Shown: positions 32,001 to 39,318 of the stretch, one piece after another
Numbering within the stretch: position 1 is the stretch's first letter
Layout: each line of letters opens with the position of its first letter
Virus record (IMG/VR): IMGVR_UViG_3300007609_000014
Coordinates: 4,792 to 68,791 of that record
DNA from: a virus
Length of the DNA stretch: 64,000 nucleotides
Reading direction: 5' to 3' (one strand)
Notes under the pieces: model-generated
Seen by the model: the letters and a program-made list of their open reading frames with translations, nothing else
What the model was told of the DNA's origin: nothing
Database searches by the model: none
Program-made: the position numbers and the translations under genes

Positions 32001-35000
32001 GTTAAATCTTGTGCAACGTCTACAGTTTCTAAAGAAGCTGTGCCACCCGCATTTTGAGTAATATCAGTAAAGTTGCTGGTTCCGTTATTTGCAGTGACAT
32101 TACCTGTAAATACCGCATCAGTTCCGTCTGTTCCATTTTCCAATATCACAGTGTTGTTTTCGGAATACACATTACCTGTTAGATTGCCAGTGACACGTTT
32201 GGTTTGATAATTAACTATCACTGACGAATCGTCGGCAATTACGTTACCAACAATGTCTCCGTCTACGTTACCTGTAACATCGCCTACAAATCGAACATCA
32301 GCTGTAATCGTTGTGCCACGTATGCCTGCGGGATTTGCTAAACCAATAGTAGTCCCAGTAATGGCGCCTGCTCTGGCTGTGATAGTATCAGTGTCAACAG
32401 CATTGAACGTGCTAGTACCGGTGGTAACATTAACGTTGCCAATTATGTCGCCGTCCACTGTGAGATCGTTATTTACTGTTGCTCTGTCAAGTGTAACATC
32501 GCCAGTTGTTTCTAGTTGTTCAAACCAGCTTTTGCCGCCTGTTCCTCTGGCATCTAGATTTCCTTCTATGTCGCCTGTGAATACAGCATCGGTACCATCA
32601 GTGCCGGCATCTAGTATTCTTGTAAAGTCTGCACTAAACACATCTCCAACGAAGCTACCATTAAACCTCTTTTGTTGATAATCTACAATAATAGAACTGT
32701 CGTCTGCTTTTACGTTACCAAACAAGTCACCATCTACATCACCTTGCAAACTACCTCTTAACAGTCCTTCAAATCTACTGTCTGCTGAAATTATTGTACC
32801 ACGAATTGTGTCAGGATTTGTCACGCCAATTTTAGTATCATCAATAAATCCGCCCGAGACATTGATAGTGTCAATGTTTGCAGTTCCTAACACGTTAAGT
32901 GTTTGTTGAACAGTAACTTCGTCTAAGTCGAACTGCTGGAATGATAAATCTCCAGTTACCGTTAAGTTATTGAATATACTGGTACCCGTACTTGTAATGT
33001 CGCCTGTGAATTTATTGGTGCCGGCATCAACTAACACTGTGGAATCGTCAGCTATGACATTTCCTCTAATGTCGCCGGATACATTGCCTGTTACATCACC
33101 GGTTACATCGCCAGTGACATCACCAATTACGTTACCTCTGTACTGTGCAGCTACAGTTGCACTTCCTGTATCGAGTACCGGTGTGTTTCCTCCTGGGAAG
33201 AATATGTCTCCAAACAGTGATCCGGTGAGATTACCTTGTACATCGCCGGATACATTGCCTGTAACATCACCAGTAACATCGCCTATTAAATCTCCTCTAA
33301 ATCTTTGAGAAGCGGCATCAACCAGTATGGTTGTGCTGTCATCTGCAATCACGTTACCTGTCAAGTCACCAGATACAGAGCCGGTTAAAGTACCGCTTAC
33401 ATCTCCTTCAATGTCACCAACAAATCTAGAGCGTGCAGTAATAATATTACCTGTGATATTGCCATTAGCAACATTAATACTTCCTGTATCAACTATTACA
33501 TCGCCGTCTGTTACTTGTAACTGTGTTGCCTTAATCGTAGCAGGAGTGGTTGTACCGATATTTGTGGCGTTAATATTACCACCTTTTATATCTACTACTT
33601 CGAGTGTAGAAATACCGTCGACATCTAAATTTCTTCCTACCGTTAAATCAACATTTATATCAGCATCGTTAATGTTTAATGCCGCAAATTGCAAGTCACC
33701 AGTGACTTCAATGTCGTTAAATCTGCTTATTCCTGAAGATGTAATATCACCCTGAATATCACCGATAAAGCTGGTATTTGCTCTTACAACACTGCCTGTT
33801 ATATTTCCGCTAGTTGCTTCGATTATAGACGAGCTGTCTTGCCCGATAACATCGCCGCGCAATATTCCTGTGATTTCTGTTACAACATCAATGCTGTTGA
33901 AACTAGAGAACCCGTTAGATGTTACATTACCAGTAAGGTTGCCTGTAACGTTTCCTGTAAATGCTGCAGGAACTGCATTTGATCCGTTGTTTAAAATCCT
34001 AGTGCCGTCTGCATTAAAAACGTTGCCGGTTAAATCCCCTACTAGTCCAATGTCAGCAGTAAATGTATTTGCACGTACTTCTCTGTTGCCAAAGTTCCAG
34101 TAACCGTCGTCGTCACCAGAATTTTCAGTCCACTTGAGACTGACATCAGTTAATGTACCACGGTCTATTTCAATACCAGATGTAGTTTGGCTAACACCAG
34201 CACCAGTTTCACCTTTGTTTAAGGTAATAGTATTATCATTTATTTCTAAGTCGGTAGTCTGTACTGCTGTAAGTCCGCCGGTAACTGTGAGATCGCCAAC
34301 AACAGTTAAATCTCTATTCACTGTTACATTGTTGAATGTTGAACCACCCGACGTTGCGGTTACATTGCCATTGACATCTGCATTTACTGTTGCTGAATTT
34401 GCATCAACAATTACCGTGCTGTTTCTTCCAATTACATTACCTTCTATGTCTCCAGTAACATGAGCAACCAAGAATGCATCTGACCCGTCCGTACCAGAAT
34501 CTAATATCCTAAAGGCTCCATTTGCGGAATACACATCGCCAATTAACTCGCCTGTGACATTACCAGTGACATTACCTGTGTATTGTGCAGGAATGCCGGC
34601 GCCTCCTGAGTCTAGGATTTTCTGAGATGCGCTATTAAATATATCGCCTGTTAAGTCACCAGTAACATCTGCTGTAATCTGTCCACTAGCACTGCCTAAA
34701 TCAATACTTCCTCGAACGTCAATGTTATTAAACACAGATGTGCCTGTTGTAATATTAACATTACCTTCAATATCGCCTACAAACTTAGCTGCCGCAGAAA
34801 TTGTGTTACCTTGAATGTTTTCTGTAAGTGCGTCTAGCATCACAGTGCTGTCACTGGCAATAACACTGCCTCTTAAATTACCAACAATTTCGGTTGCAAC
34901 ACTGACCGTGTCAAACGTAGATATGCCAGTACTTGTAATGTCTCCTGCTACGTCGCCTATCACATTACCTGTGAGGATAGCAGGACTAAATCCGTTTCCA

Positions 35001-38000
35001 GTTTCTAATATTTTTGTTGTGCCATCAATTGCAAATACATCACCAGTTAAGTTACCTGTAACGTTTGCTGTGATCTCGCCTGTTGCTCCTGATAAATCAA
35101 TTGCTCCCCTAACAACAAGATCGTTAAAGAAACTTGTGCCTTCGTCGATATCGACATTGCCTTCTAAGGGTCCAATGAATTTTGTTGCTGCGGTAATTGT
35201 TGCGCCTTGAATGTTTTCCGTAATCGCATCAATCATTACAGTGCTATCACTAGCAACTACACTACCTCGTATGTCGCCGAGAATCTGCTCTCTAACTTGA
35301 ATGCTGTCAAATACAGAAAGTCCAGGGCCATCAATGTTACCTTGTAAGTCAAACACAGCATTTCTTACTGTGGCGCCTAAAAGGTTTAGTTCTCCGCTAA
35401 ACGAACTATTGCCCGATGATTGAATATTAGCAGTAGCTTCGCCAGTAAATGATCCTTGTAGATTACCGTAAATAGTCTTGGTTAAATTGTCAATAATTAA
35501 ACTGGAATCTTCTGCAATTACATTGCCGCGAACATCGCCTACCATTACACCGCCGAGATCAATATCTACAAAACTGGATGTGCCTCTAGATATAATGTCG
35601 CCTTCGAAACGAGTAGATGCAGTAATTAGTGTTCCGTCTACTGTGGTAAATTTAGCTTCTCTAGGGGTAGTAATACCTATTGAAGCATTTTCAATTATAC
35701 CTGCGCCTATGTTTACTTGTGACAGGCTTGATGTACCAGTTACATCTAGATCGTTTAGAACTTCAATATCTGCAGTGTTAATTTTGGCAATATCTAGTTC
35801 TGGAAAATCTAAGGTTCCTGTAACTTCAACATTATGGAAATACGAAGTACCGTTTTCACTAGCAGTGGTTCTTGCGTCTACATTTCCTATTACGGTACCT
35901 GTGATATTACCTACTACATCACCTACTAAGTCTCCAAACAGATTACCAGTGAATCCGTCTATGATTTTTGAACTGTCTAGGGCAAATACATCTCCGTATA
36001 ATTCGCCTTCTGCTCTACCTCTAAATAATCCTTCTACTTCACCTTCTACATTACCTATCAGTCTAGCAGGAATTGTTGTTCCGTTGCCTGACTCAAATAC
36101 TTTAGTTGCTTGATCCTGTGCATAAATGTCACCAATCAAATTACCAATGACATCACCTGCTACGTTACCTGACAACGAACCTACCGTAAATGTACCTGCA
36201 ACGTTAACATCATTAAAGTTAGAAATGCCTGTGTCAATGTCAACATTGCCCTGTAGTGTTCCAATAAATCTACCAGTATCCGCATCAACAATAAGGCTTG
36301 AACTTGCATCATACACACTTCCATACAACTCACCCTGCACAGTTCCGTCCATGGTTCCTGTGAGACTGCCTTGCAGATTACCAAAGAATGCGTCGTTGGC
36401 TGTAATTGTTGTACCAGTTATTGCTCGTGCGCCTGCGGCATCTTGACCTATACTGGTATTGTTTATTGTGCCGCCATTAATATCAACACTCGATAAAGTA
36501 GACAACCCATTTACATCAATGTTGTTATTGACCAATATTGAATTAATATTGAGAGTGGTAAATGTTAAATCGCCTGTGAATGTAGCCGCGCCGTCCACTA
36601 TAAGGTTTGTGATATTTGCTGCATCAATGTTAGCCGCTGCAATCTCAGCGGTGGCAAGTGTGCTTACTCCAGAACTGGTAATGTTACCTGTTACATCACC
36701 TGTGAGTGTGCCTGTAACATTACCAGTTACATTACCAGTAACATCACCTACTAGATTTGCATTTACTACTTCGTTAAATGCATCAACAATAACAGTGCTG
36801 TTATCTCTCGATATTACGTTTCCTTCCAGGCTGCCTTCTACGTTTGCATACAATGCTCCTGTTACTGTGAGATTGCCAAAGGAAGCATTTGCAGAAGGGG
36901 CACTAAAATTATTGTTTACAATTACATCGTCAGCAACAACGTCTACAGGATTAGATCCCGAACCTAATGTTACACCTTGTATAATACCACCGGTAATATT
37001 TGCATTTTGGAATTCAGTATCACCGCTTACTAGCAATCCGCCGCCGACGGTTAAATCGCCGCCAAAGTCTACATCCGACTGAACAGACAGCGTGCTAAAG
37101 TTTAAATCGCCTTGAACAATAATATTGTCAAACCTTGAAGTACTACCCGCCGCTGCTTGGAATTCACCAATAAATAACGGAGCTTCTATTTGTCCGATTG
37201 CTGTGATTGTGCCTGCTGTTAATTCACCTGATGCATTTATCACAGCACCGTCGATAGTACCGCCGTTAATGTCTACATTTGCAAACGTGCTGGTTCCTGT
37301 GCTAGTGACATTACCTTGGAGATTACCTAAAATTGTGGTTGCAACATTCAAATCGCCGGTTATGTTAACATTGTTAAATGTGCTATTGCCGCCGGTAGCT
37401 TCTACATTACCTATTAGATCTGCTGTTACTTCTCTAGTGTCTACATTTACAATAATGCTAGAGTCATCTGCTTGAATGTTACCATTTACGTCGCCTGTGT
37501 GGAATCCTGTGCTGTTACCTACAAGATCACCATTGAAAATAGTAGTAGCTCCAGACGTGTCCACAACTCTTGTGCTATCTGATCCTAACACATTTCCAAA
37601 TAAATCACCGTAAATAAGTCCACTTACACTAATGTCCTGCTCAAAAATTTCATTGACATCTGTGCGTGCTATCTGTAAAATATCAACACCGTCTAGTGTG
37701 TCTGCATCAACATTAAGAGCATCTAGATAAGGTTTTGTTACTCTATTGTCAATAAACCCTTCTACGTCGCCTTCTGTTAAAGTAAATGCCGTGAATGTAC
37801 CAGTGTCTGGATCATATTGTAAATCGCCTGAAGCTGCCAGTGATTGTCTTACACGAGTCCTTGAAAAATATGCACTTTCTTGTCCTGAAAATTCGTCGCC
37901 CGGAGTAGGGTCTAAATCTGTTCCGGTATCTTCGGGCACTTCTGTGGTTGTAATAGTATCTAATCTTTCATCTAGTATAGAAAGACTGGCGCCAACATTG

Positions 38001-38677
38001 CCGCCGCCTACTGTTGATACGTCTGCTATCTGTGACGAACTTAAACTGGAAAAACTAATCCAAGCTGCGTCAAGTCCGGGTTCAGCATTTGCATCTGCTC
38101 CTGACACTGCTACCCATACAGCATCTTCGTGTGTAACAACAGCTAAGGGCGGATATATTTTATTTGTTTCCCATGCACCGTATGCAAAGAAACCACTGCC
38201 TAAAGGAGTCCATCCTTCAGACTGATCCGGGTCGTTTCCAATCTGTCCGTCGGCTGTGCTAACATAAGTGGCACCCAGATAATAGACTACGTCAAAAGAG
38301 TTGTAAGTTAAAGCAGAATCGTATTCGCCGCGAACATTGAATGTGTTTTGGACCAGGGAGTCTTCGTCCAAAAATGCACCAACCAGTATGTTTACATCGC
38401 CGCCATCTGTTTCTGCCAGTAATTTATCGCCTGGCTGTAAATTAATTGTTTTTGTGTACTCAAAGGAGCTCTGTGGCTCAACTTCAAATATCGTAAAGGC
38501 ACGTGTGCTGGGCTCTGAAGCATCGTAGTAGCTGAGGGTTACTTTCACCGTTTCGTTTGGTGAGACGCCTTCATTAAGAACAGCAATAGTATGAATATTA
38601 CTTTCTTTGTCTATTGGACTTTCATATACTACGGCTTGATTTTGACCGGTTACTTTCGTATTACCTAAAAATGACAT
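20075..38677 (-). CDS. 6200-aa giant fibre protein: N-terminal ~110-aa adaptor-like domain, two CBM5/12-like modules, long repetitive beta-fibre, C-terminal peptidase S74 intramolecular chaperone
   Basis: ORF track. C-terminus TSSLRYKENVQPIEGALDKVTQLQGVTYDRK...GLIAEEVEKILPNVV...LHYTKIIAYLVESIKELKSEIKELK (20075-20347) is the typical S74 chaperone. GEYDSALTYNSFDVVYYLGATY...W and GAWETNKIYPPLAVVTHEDAVW...W resemble CBM5/12 repeats. Confidence 0.92.
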   Translation of the reverse strand: MSFLGNTKVTGQNQAVVYESPIDKESNIHTIAVLNEGVSPNETVKVTLSYYDASEPSTRAFTIFEVEPQSSFEYTKTINLQPGDKLLAETDGGDVNILVGAFLDEDSLVQNTFNVRGEYDSALTYNSFDVVYYLGATYVSTADGQIGNDPDQSEGWTPLGSGFFAYGAWETNKIYPPLAVVTHEDAVWVAVSGADANAEPGLDAAWISFSSLSSSQIADVSTVGGGNVGASLSILDERLDTITTTEVPEDTGTDLDPTPGDEFSGQESAYFSRTRVRQSLAASGDLQYDPDTGTFTAFTLTEGDVEGFIDNRVTKPYLDALNVDADTLDGVDILQIARTDVNEIFEQDISVSGLIYGDLFGNVLGSDSTRVVDTSGATTIFNGDLVGNSTGFHTGDVNGNIQADDSSIIVNVDTREVTADLIGNVEATGGNSTFNNVNITGDLNVATTILGNLQGNVTSTGTSTFANVDINGGTIDGAVINASGELTAGTITAIGQIEAPLFIGEFQAAAGSTSRFDNIIVQGDLNFSTLSVQSDVDFGGDLTVGGGLLVSGDTEFQNANITGGIIQGVTLGSGSNPVDVVADDVIVNNNFSAPSANASFGNLTVTGALYANVEGSLEGNVISRDNSTVIVDAFNEVVNANLVGDVTGNVTGNVTGTLTGDVTGNITSSGVSTLATAEIAAANIDAANITNLIVDGAATFTGDLTFTTLNINSILVNNNIDVNGLSTLSSVDINGGTINNTSIGQDAAGARAITGTTITANDAFFGNLQGSLTGTMDGTVQGELYGSVYDASSSLIVDADTGRFIGTLQGNVDIDTGISNFNDVNVAGTFTVGSLSGNVAGDVIGNLIGDIYAQDQATKVFESGNGTTIPARLIGNVEGEVEGLFRGRAEGELYGDVFALDSSKIIDGFTGNLFGDLVGDVVGNITGTVIGNVDARTTASENGTSYFHNVEVTGTLDFPELDIAKINTADIEVLNDLDVTGTSSLSQVNIGAGIIENASIGITTPREAKFTTVDGTLITASTRFEGDIISRGTSSFVDIDLGGVMVGDVRGNVIAEDSSLIIDNLTKTIYGNLQGSFTGEATANIQSSGNSSFSGELNLLGATVRNAVFDLQGNIDGPGLSVFDSIQVREQILGDIRGSVVASDSTVMIDAITENIQGATITAATKFIGPLEGNVDIDEGTSFFNDLVVRGAIDLSGATGEITANVTGNLTGDVFAIDGTTKILETGNGFSPAILTGNVIGDVAGDITSTGISTFDTVSVATEIVGNLRGSVIASDSTVMLDALTENIQGNTISAAAKFVGDIEGNVNITTGTSVFNNIDVRGSIDLGSASGQITADVTGDLTGDIFNSASQKILDSGGAGIPAQYTGNVTGNVTGELIGDVYSANGAFRILDSGTDGSDAFLVAHVTGDIEGNVIGRNSTVIVDANSATVNADVNGNVTATSGGSTFNNVTVNRDLTVVGDLTVTGGLTAVQTTDLEINDNTITLNKGETGAGVSQTTSGIEIDRGTLTDVSLKWTENSGDDDGYWNFGNREVRANTFTADIGLVGDLTGNVFNADGTRILNNGSNAVPAAFTGNVTGNLTGNVTSNGFSSFNSIDVVTEITGILRGDVIGQDSSSIIEATSGNITGSVVRANTSFIGDIQGDITSSGISRFNDIEVTGDLQFAALNINDADINVDLTVGRNLDVDGISTLEVVDIKGGNINATNIGTTTPATIKATQLQVTDGDVIVDTGSINVANGNITGNIITARSRFVGDIEGDVSGTLTGSVSGDLTGNVIADDSTTILVDAASQRFRGDLIGDVTGDVTGNVSGDVQGNLTGSLFGDIFFPGGNTPVLDTGSATVAAQYRGNVIGDVTGDVTGDVTGNVSGDIRGNVIADDSTVLVDAGTNKFTGDITSTGTSIFNNLTVTGDLSFQQFDLDEVTVQQTLNVLGTANIDTINVSGGFIDDTKIGVTNPDTIRGTIISADSRFEGLLRGSLQGDVDGDLFGNVKADDSSIIVDYQQKRFNGSFVGDVFSADFTRILDAGTDGTDAVFTGDIEGNLDARGTGGKSWFEQLETTGDVTLDRATVNNDLTVDGDIIGNVNVTTGTSTFNAVDTDTITARAGAITGTTIGLANPAGIRGTTITADVRFVGDVTGNVDGDIVGNVIADDSSVIVNYQTKRVTGNLTGNVYSENNTVILENGTDGTDAVFTGNVTANNGTSNFTDITQNAGGTASLETVDVAQDLTVTGTVFGAVGDSVTRNTGEFSTVTTDGTVSVGGALNVTGDLTVSGTTTTVDTQQILLADNIITLNSDLDNLTAPTQNAGIEINRGSEDARRFIWDETLDKWTIEGERFDAGFVYSSGGFQGDITGDVTGNVTGNLTGNVAGNISGPGQSVFNSVTVQTEIEGTLRGDVNADDSTKIIDSITKDIDGHVITASNKFIGDIDAVSVDASGDSSFFNLEVNNNLIVNNLLGNVTGRLTGNLIGDVLASDGLTKVLESGNGTNIPALFIGNVTGDLDGNVTGDVVGDVTGDVDGNITGDVLGQDSGVLLDSYTRTLLGNVTGQVTGNVLGDITGDVRNSDGAVILDNGSNTVSAEYTGNVTGNVTGNVSGNVTGNILNADGTAIFTNGTDLLSATFKGDYLGQDGDVLVDSVDRRLIGDVTGDITGPGMSTFANVTVIGEVDSTLRGNVIADDSSVIIDNFTKDIFAREITASDMFYGDITGNVIANSGQSLFTDIDQNVGGVADLQTVNVAQDLTVSGTTFSDVTGDVTSAGISTFADARIITGTINDATIGLTTPNQIKGTTITAETRFFGDITGEVTGNVTGDLTGNVIGDDSSVILDYSAREVTADLIGDVYAPNSVRILDQGTDGSDAEFTGDIVGNIDARTRGGKSWFVNLESTGAVRLDTATVTNDLTVEGDLRGNIIGDITGDVYSTNGVRILQNGHTGNNAVFTGDVIGQIDAGDSTGTSFFNNLTSYGVLRADGGVIGDVTGSVDGDLTGNVLAEDYSTAIINSATREITGSTITADSGFVGSIRGDLYDGTVFANVDVSSVGGTSYFNDVSIAGSISFSDLSITDITITNNADIGQNLTVDGLTTLENATIKGGILDDVVIGGTTPRDITGVTITGTTGDITTVNADQININPGVGHQFTGDIEGDITSAGTSTFSGTINVSTASLILANDQISGDKINLGTISNANLAGDGTSNTITGYDFTLGATRTLDLTVGTVIIGDDQISGDSVDGGTISNSSLQGNDNTNSISGYDITLGNTKTLTVNGTTNVAAITATGLASLDGGINVDDAFTVADTTGNVVTSGTLGAGNTTVTGTLDVSGVASLDGGIDVDSAFTVADTTGNVVTTGTLAAGSTSVTGTLGVTGLASLAGGIDVDGAFTVADTTGDIVTTGTLDAANTAISGTLDVTGIATLDDQLSVGTSLDVGSTLDVVGATTLVSTLDVSDTVTLDSAANLRMYNGAGTPAIVFQINGDTGNTNIQGTLDVAGDTVIASNTASTTVGSGALIVGGGVGIGGDLNVSGDISFGGAINLQSLTLAAIANLNGGISVDGIFTVDGANGNVSTTGSLIAANTTLNGTLDTSGAVNINDTTSSTSNTTGALIVDGGVGIAENLNAVGNLSVDGTGTFGSQLTVNDNLVVTGTAAIGGNVQINNSSDFTIQNTTVQTVFSVDGEFGDTVISRDLEVGADTTIGGDLTVAGNFTVNGATTTINAAVLDVEDVNITVAKGVANRAAADGAGLTVDLGTDGVTTFTYGNATDKWSLSKGLIVPTVEAASGITADITGGLTSGASTAVDIVGSFSVNPAGATGSLDNVDIGANVPGEATFTNVITDGLVLSGLGNLETTAGDIKTVDGDIETTNGNIIAGGDITVTGNLSSNEITANTFLGSIEGTSAQFTGGVFVTENAGTPADITTTAGDFASLSGSFLTTSGDFRTTTGDITAQLITANNYFVGQLGDDDSTGGSRQAAYVTSLDTSGTLNVDGSSFLNNGLTVESTTRLKGNLNMDTGTVATFDGVTITGQFNVGAIEINDFTVQDTLEVGGQFTANAGAQFNGLMVSTNSQLSGATITASTVDSTPIGTNIANSGRFTSLTTTTGNLTVQDGSLTLNQGSITVTTGDIGITVGDLTVGGDVNADTDLYLGGYAYATANNNGFVGNIYGGGIGTEVLVLDPGDGSNAEYTGTVNGPIGTSAPNTGEFTTIDGTVIKASTRLEGDLTSTDVTISGGAIDGTVIGGTTAAAGTFNGLTATTVDIDGGSMDGVTIGANTVADATFNAATISNLTVTGGTGITNTPVGVGGRDAGEFTTLLAQNGITGVLTGDVREAGGTTMIDSTNNLITATQITATDAQGFKGNVQAISGTSSFATLNAALVNATSVVGPLTGQVNASGGGLSQFDNLTTTGTLTTSGALQVNSTISVTGAASLGSSVTIGGGTMSNVDISGGTIINTPIGTGGRSTGEFSSITVTNTINGNINVASGLSSFDEISADTIAAQNFNGGTYTGQVVAGSGSTMTGGTILSTTIGNDSGGANPIFGTNIRALNGFQGDINSTGLSLFDRISVNGSTASTITNLTGTNFTSNNVDIGGGDIDDTAIGQNGSALITGTIVKADVRFDGNVNQTSTARATDPTLQREGYFTSILVGALEVDEITINEDLAFDNVTIANDLEVQGNTRLIGTVDVNTTSITLNSGETEDGVGGSASPGSAGLVIDRGTEPTVSFIWNESTGLFTIGNENLQSGGTITAATLVGTDATVSGTGTINNLTVNNNAVLGTNVTINGGQISNTQIGTADPLVGNSNVYGSVITAHSEFRGDIDSTGNSDFNTATFSGLLTANGGISGDIAGTITAEAGSTMVNSTINSTAIGQTSPDDIKGVTIVATNEFQGPLVGAVEGNIDARTGTLDTNNIETTGGQSFFDGVRVNGLLDLPVGSLARISSLEVTGTVEFTNLEIGNALDVIGNFTVVGADDQNPKLVVNSTTGAMTLDGDMTVEGDAVVNTDFTVQGNTTLGSANTDTVSLNAKLSSSVFVDTDGQYDLGDSTNRFANLYVDTANINNDLTVGGNLTVNGAVTSVLTETVELADNIILLNSNETGAASENSGIEIERGTDPNKTFIWNELDDEWTIGTETFAAGVFRGDFNASDDTLIINHTLKALTISTIAASGNVTLSAGDLELTSGSATIGGTLGVTGETTLASATISDLTDNRIVLAGTAGTIVDDSNLTFNGTSFNVGGTNFVVTASTGDTAIAGDLDVTGAVGIDGDFDIATNKFTVASATGNTEIEGTLNVTGAATLGSLNLGSTLDVTGVTTFTNLINANGGIAVDTDRFTVADATGNTVIAGTLDVAGVASLDGGMNVDGAFVVADITGNVSTTGTLSVTGESTLASATVSDLSANGLVLAGTAGSLETDTNLTFDGSDFVVGNDRMVVNAVTGDTEILGAVTVSDGLTLDNAGSFTIQDASTPAQNVFQVAGSTGNTTISGTIDIDGEATLASATISDITVTHIPFAGASGSIISDADLVFTGTQLNIGQGNFTVNRSTGATFVGGTLTASGATTLTSLNTSGDLVVSSTTPSAASNEGALRVSGGVGVIGSVNIGTDLTVSGEVNISGGTILGTALGNSANPVSVVANTVNATGGITGSLTGSVTSGNATITGGTINSTPIGQGTNGANLITGTIIEATSQFKGNINSTSGNDFLANVSVSEGLSVTGNLSVVGTSNFQNDITVTGGTINNTVIGNTGPAQITGSTIEATGQFEGDIVSENTSSFNNITITGNLDNDSAGSVATFRDLQVSGDFTPGNLSVLNNLTVGGAVNFNDTFITLNANATGGASPTANMGLTVTRGSLGIKQFFWTETLGGAWTIGNEEMRAGSFTATTGFEGDLVGNVTGNVTGSADTADGFNSAVTVNLTGPVTGTATFQDGGDTATVATTIENNTVTLGTQTVGQYARTVSVTAGGGLSITAPNADDATDYVITSNATNNNTANAIVSRDSSGNFSAGVITASLTGNVTGNVTGDVTGQIDGSAGGTSEFDDLTASTATIDTITAGNASVQGSINHTEIGTGTGGARAITGTTVIANTGFTGNLTGDVLNGSGGVIVDSSANTITAQEIDGEVGANTPAAGTFTVLTETSSLRYKENVQPIEGALDKVTQLQGVTYDRKDGSSNDEAGLIAEEVEKILPNVVEYKDGEADGLHYTKIIAYLVESIKELKSEIKELKEKK
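20901..21031. repeat. 131-bp direct repeat, copy 2 (in the 6200-aa gene)
   Basis: Near-identical to 18360-18490; offset 2541 bp, a multiple of 3. Confidence 0.95.
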
Positions 38678-38680
38678 TTA

Positions 38681-39232
38681 TTAACAACTCCCAAAGATTA
38701 GTGCCATAACTCGTGCTTGACGTCTTGCCCTTTGCTTTGTAAAATACAAATTTTCATCGCCCTCTCTGAGATCATCGGTTGTGTGGTTTTCGATGCTTGA
38801 CACCTGACCATTTAAGAAACCGTTGAATTCTCCATAGGTTGAATCTACAAGTTTGGAAGAGTCCTGTCCGAACACATCTCCTTGGAAATCACCAATAAAT
38901 CTATCTGCGGATACAGTGCCCTCAACTTGGACTTTGTCTAGTCCATTGTCGAAATCTGTTCCTACTAAAATTGCTCCGCTAGATTCTGCCAGTCGAACGT
39001 TGCCGTCAGTGAATACCTCTATGCTGGGTACTCCTGATTGCTCGTTTACTGAAAAAACTGAGCCTTCTAGCGTGTCTGTAATTTTGACCACATTTCCAGA
39101 GTCCCCTTGTATGCTGAGAACACCATTGTCGTCCATTACTGCTAGAATTGAATTGTCAGAATTTGTGCTTTTGAAGTCAACATTCTGCGTTTGCAGCCCG
39201 TTTTTGACCACAAAACGTTTCGTATTCGCCAT
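38681..39232 (-). CDS. 183-aa virion fibre adaptor (N-terminal FVVKNGL motif, hydrophobic C-terminal tail)
   Basis: Track ORF 38681..39250. The ATG at 39232 (MANTKRFVVKNGL), preceded by GGGGAGAG, is the more likely start. Shares TTDDL.EG..NLYFT..R and GQDSSKLVD motifs with the fibre proteins; ends RRQARVMALIFGSC. Confidence 0.8.
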   Translation of the reverse strand: MANTKRFVVKNGLQTQNVDFKSTNSDNSILAVMDDNGVLSIQGDSGNVVKITDTLEGSVFSVNEQSGVPSIEVFTDGNVRLAESSGAILVGTDFDNGLDKVQVEGTVSADRFIGDFQGDVFGQDSSKLVDSTYGEFNGFLNGQVSSIENHTTDDLREGDENLYFTKQRARRQARVMALIFGSC

Positions 39233-39266
39233 CGGTTCCACTCTCCCCAATTAGGCTATTGTAACG

Positions 39267-39273
39267 TATTTAG
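39267..39273 (-). promoter_or_regulatory. T4-like late promoter (CTAAATA)
   Basis: TAAATA core in the intergenic gap upstream of 39232; the same core recurs in the other sizeable intergenic gaps. Confidence 0.6.
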
Positions 39274-39318
39274 CCAAAACCGATTATATGGGTATAGAAT
39301 TGTGTCTTATGAGAAGTG

